Shown: positions 63,395-64,000 of the stretch, one piece after another
How the letters are laid out: each line of letters begins with the position of its first letter
How positions within the stretch are numbered: the first letter of the stretch is position 1
Source of the DNA: an uncultured Treponemataceae bacterium
GTDB lineage: Bacteria > Spirochaetota > Spirochaetia > Treponematales > Rectinemataceae
DNA length: 64,000 nt
Reading direction: 5' to 3'
Assembly: GCA_964399065.1 (NCBI GenBank)
Contig: CAYNPQ010000001.1
Coordinates: forward strand, 8,717-72,716
Notes under the pieces: model-generated
Databases searched by the model: none
Told to the model about the DNA's origin: nothing
Seen by the model: the letters and a program-made list of their open reading frames with translations, nothing else
Translations under genes and position numbers: made by a program

Positions 63395-64000
63395 ATGCGC
63401 AGACGCTCACTCGCCGCGGCGCTCGCCGCGACATCCCTGCTCTCCATCGCGGCGGCCCAGGACCGCGGCCTCGCCGTCGAGGCGCGCCGCCTCGCCGGGA
63501 GCGAGTCCTTCGACATAGGCAGGCAGTACGCCGTCGTGATCGGCATCGACGCCTACGAGAACTGGCCCGCGCTCGGCGCGGCCCGCGAGGAGGCCCGGCG
63601 CGTCCGCGAAGTCCTCGGCCGCGACTACTACATCGACGAGTTCATCGAGCTCTACGACGGAGAGGCCTCGGCCCGCAGCCTGCGCAAGCTCTTCGCCGAG
63701 GACCTGCCGGCCAAGGTGGGGAAGAGCGATTCCCTCCTCGTCTTCTACGCGGGGCACGGGCAGGTCGACGCCGCCGGCGCGGGCTATTGGATACCCTCCG
63801 ACGCGGGGCTGGATCCCCTCGAGCAGAAAGGCTGGCTCTCGAACGCGCAGATCCGCGGCTACATCCAGAAGCTCAAGGCGCAACGGATCCTCCTCGTCGC
63901 CGACTCCTGCTTCGCCGGCGAGCTCCTCGATTCATCGCGGGGCGCGTTGCCCGAACTCGATTCGGCGTATTACCGCAAGGCGCTCAGCCTCACCGCGAGG
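63395..64000 (+). CDS. Secreted caspase-family (C14) peptidase, 3'-truncated by window edge
   Basis: Not in the ORF track (no stop in window). ATG 63395: MRRRSLAAALAATSLLSIAAAQ (signal peptide) ...YAVVIGIDAY...LLVFYAGHGQ (catalytic His context) ...ILLVADSCFAG (catalytic Cys context). Open to nt 64000. Confidence 0.75.
   Translation, partial: MRRRSLAAALAATSLLSIAAAQDRGLAVEARRLAGSESFDIGRQYAVVIGIDAYENWPALGAAREEARRVREVLGRDYYIDEFIELYDGEASARSLRKLFAEDLPAKVGKSDSLLVFYAGHGQVDAAGAGYWIPSDAGLDPLEQKGWLSNAQIRGYIQKLKAQRILLVADSCFAGELLDSSRGALPELDSAYYRKALSLTAR

Overview
This is a GC-rich chromosomal segment (roughly two-thirds or more G+C by eye, not computed) that I assign to a spirochaete. The assignment rests on three features: two tandem FlaA flagellar-sheath paralogs (a spirochaete-specific family), the start of the flgB-flgC-fliE-fliF-fliG-fliH motor operon preceded by hslVU, and a reduced mraZ-rsmH-ftsL-murF-mraY-ftsW-ftsQ-ftsA-ftsZ division cluster.

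Layout:
- 1-22 kb: one co-directional minus-strand block (fliH...flgB, hslUV, xerC, topA, dprA, TPR lipoprotein, xerD, dcw cluster).
- 22-44 kb: mixed-strand stretch rich in signalling and envelope genes. It holds a class-3 lipase, a polyferredoxin with a sigma-54-type promoter, a VOC enzyme, a ComFB-like protein, an HD phosphohydrolase, a lipoprotein/PilZ-like/membrane-wHTH operon, an RsbU-RsbV-RsbW-type partner-switching module, a large degenerate ATPase-TPR protein coupled to rlmM, a 950-aa Asp-box lipoprotein, an M20 peptidase and a secreted protein.
- 44-51 kb: minus-strand housekeeping genes (pcrA, miaA, rpoZ, zapB-like/zapA, rplT-rpmI-infC).
- 51-64 kb: fba, lipoprotein, flaA x2, cNMP-binding histidine kinase, tatD, clpB, argR, a FapA/DUF342 protein and a 3'-truncated secreted caspase-like peptidase.

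I found no rRNA, tRNA, CRISPR array, transposase or prophage genes. Many very long ORFs in the track are antisense or alternate-frame artefacts of the GC content. Several real genes needed start trimming (hslU, hslV, ftsZ, xerD, ComFB-like, HD, STAS, rlmM, rplT, argR, fapA and others). Two genes are not in the track at all: fliH and the caspase-like gene, both at window edges.

I cannot point to a clear-cut new system. The best candidates for unexplained biology are:
- the structured purine/pyrimidine spacer between hslU and flgB;
- the lipoprotein/split-signature PilZ/membrane-anchored wHTH operon;
- the low-GC about 270-nt segment after zapA (small ORF or ncRNA);
- the doubly degenerate cyclase-like/AAA/TPR protein;
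- in-frame 18-bp tandem repeats in xerD and the fapA-like gene.

All functional calls come from reading motifs by eye. No database search was run.
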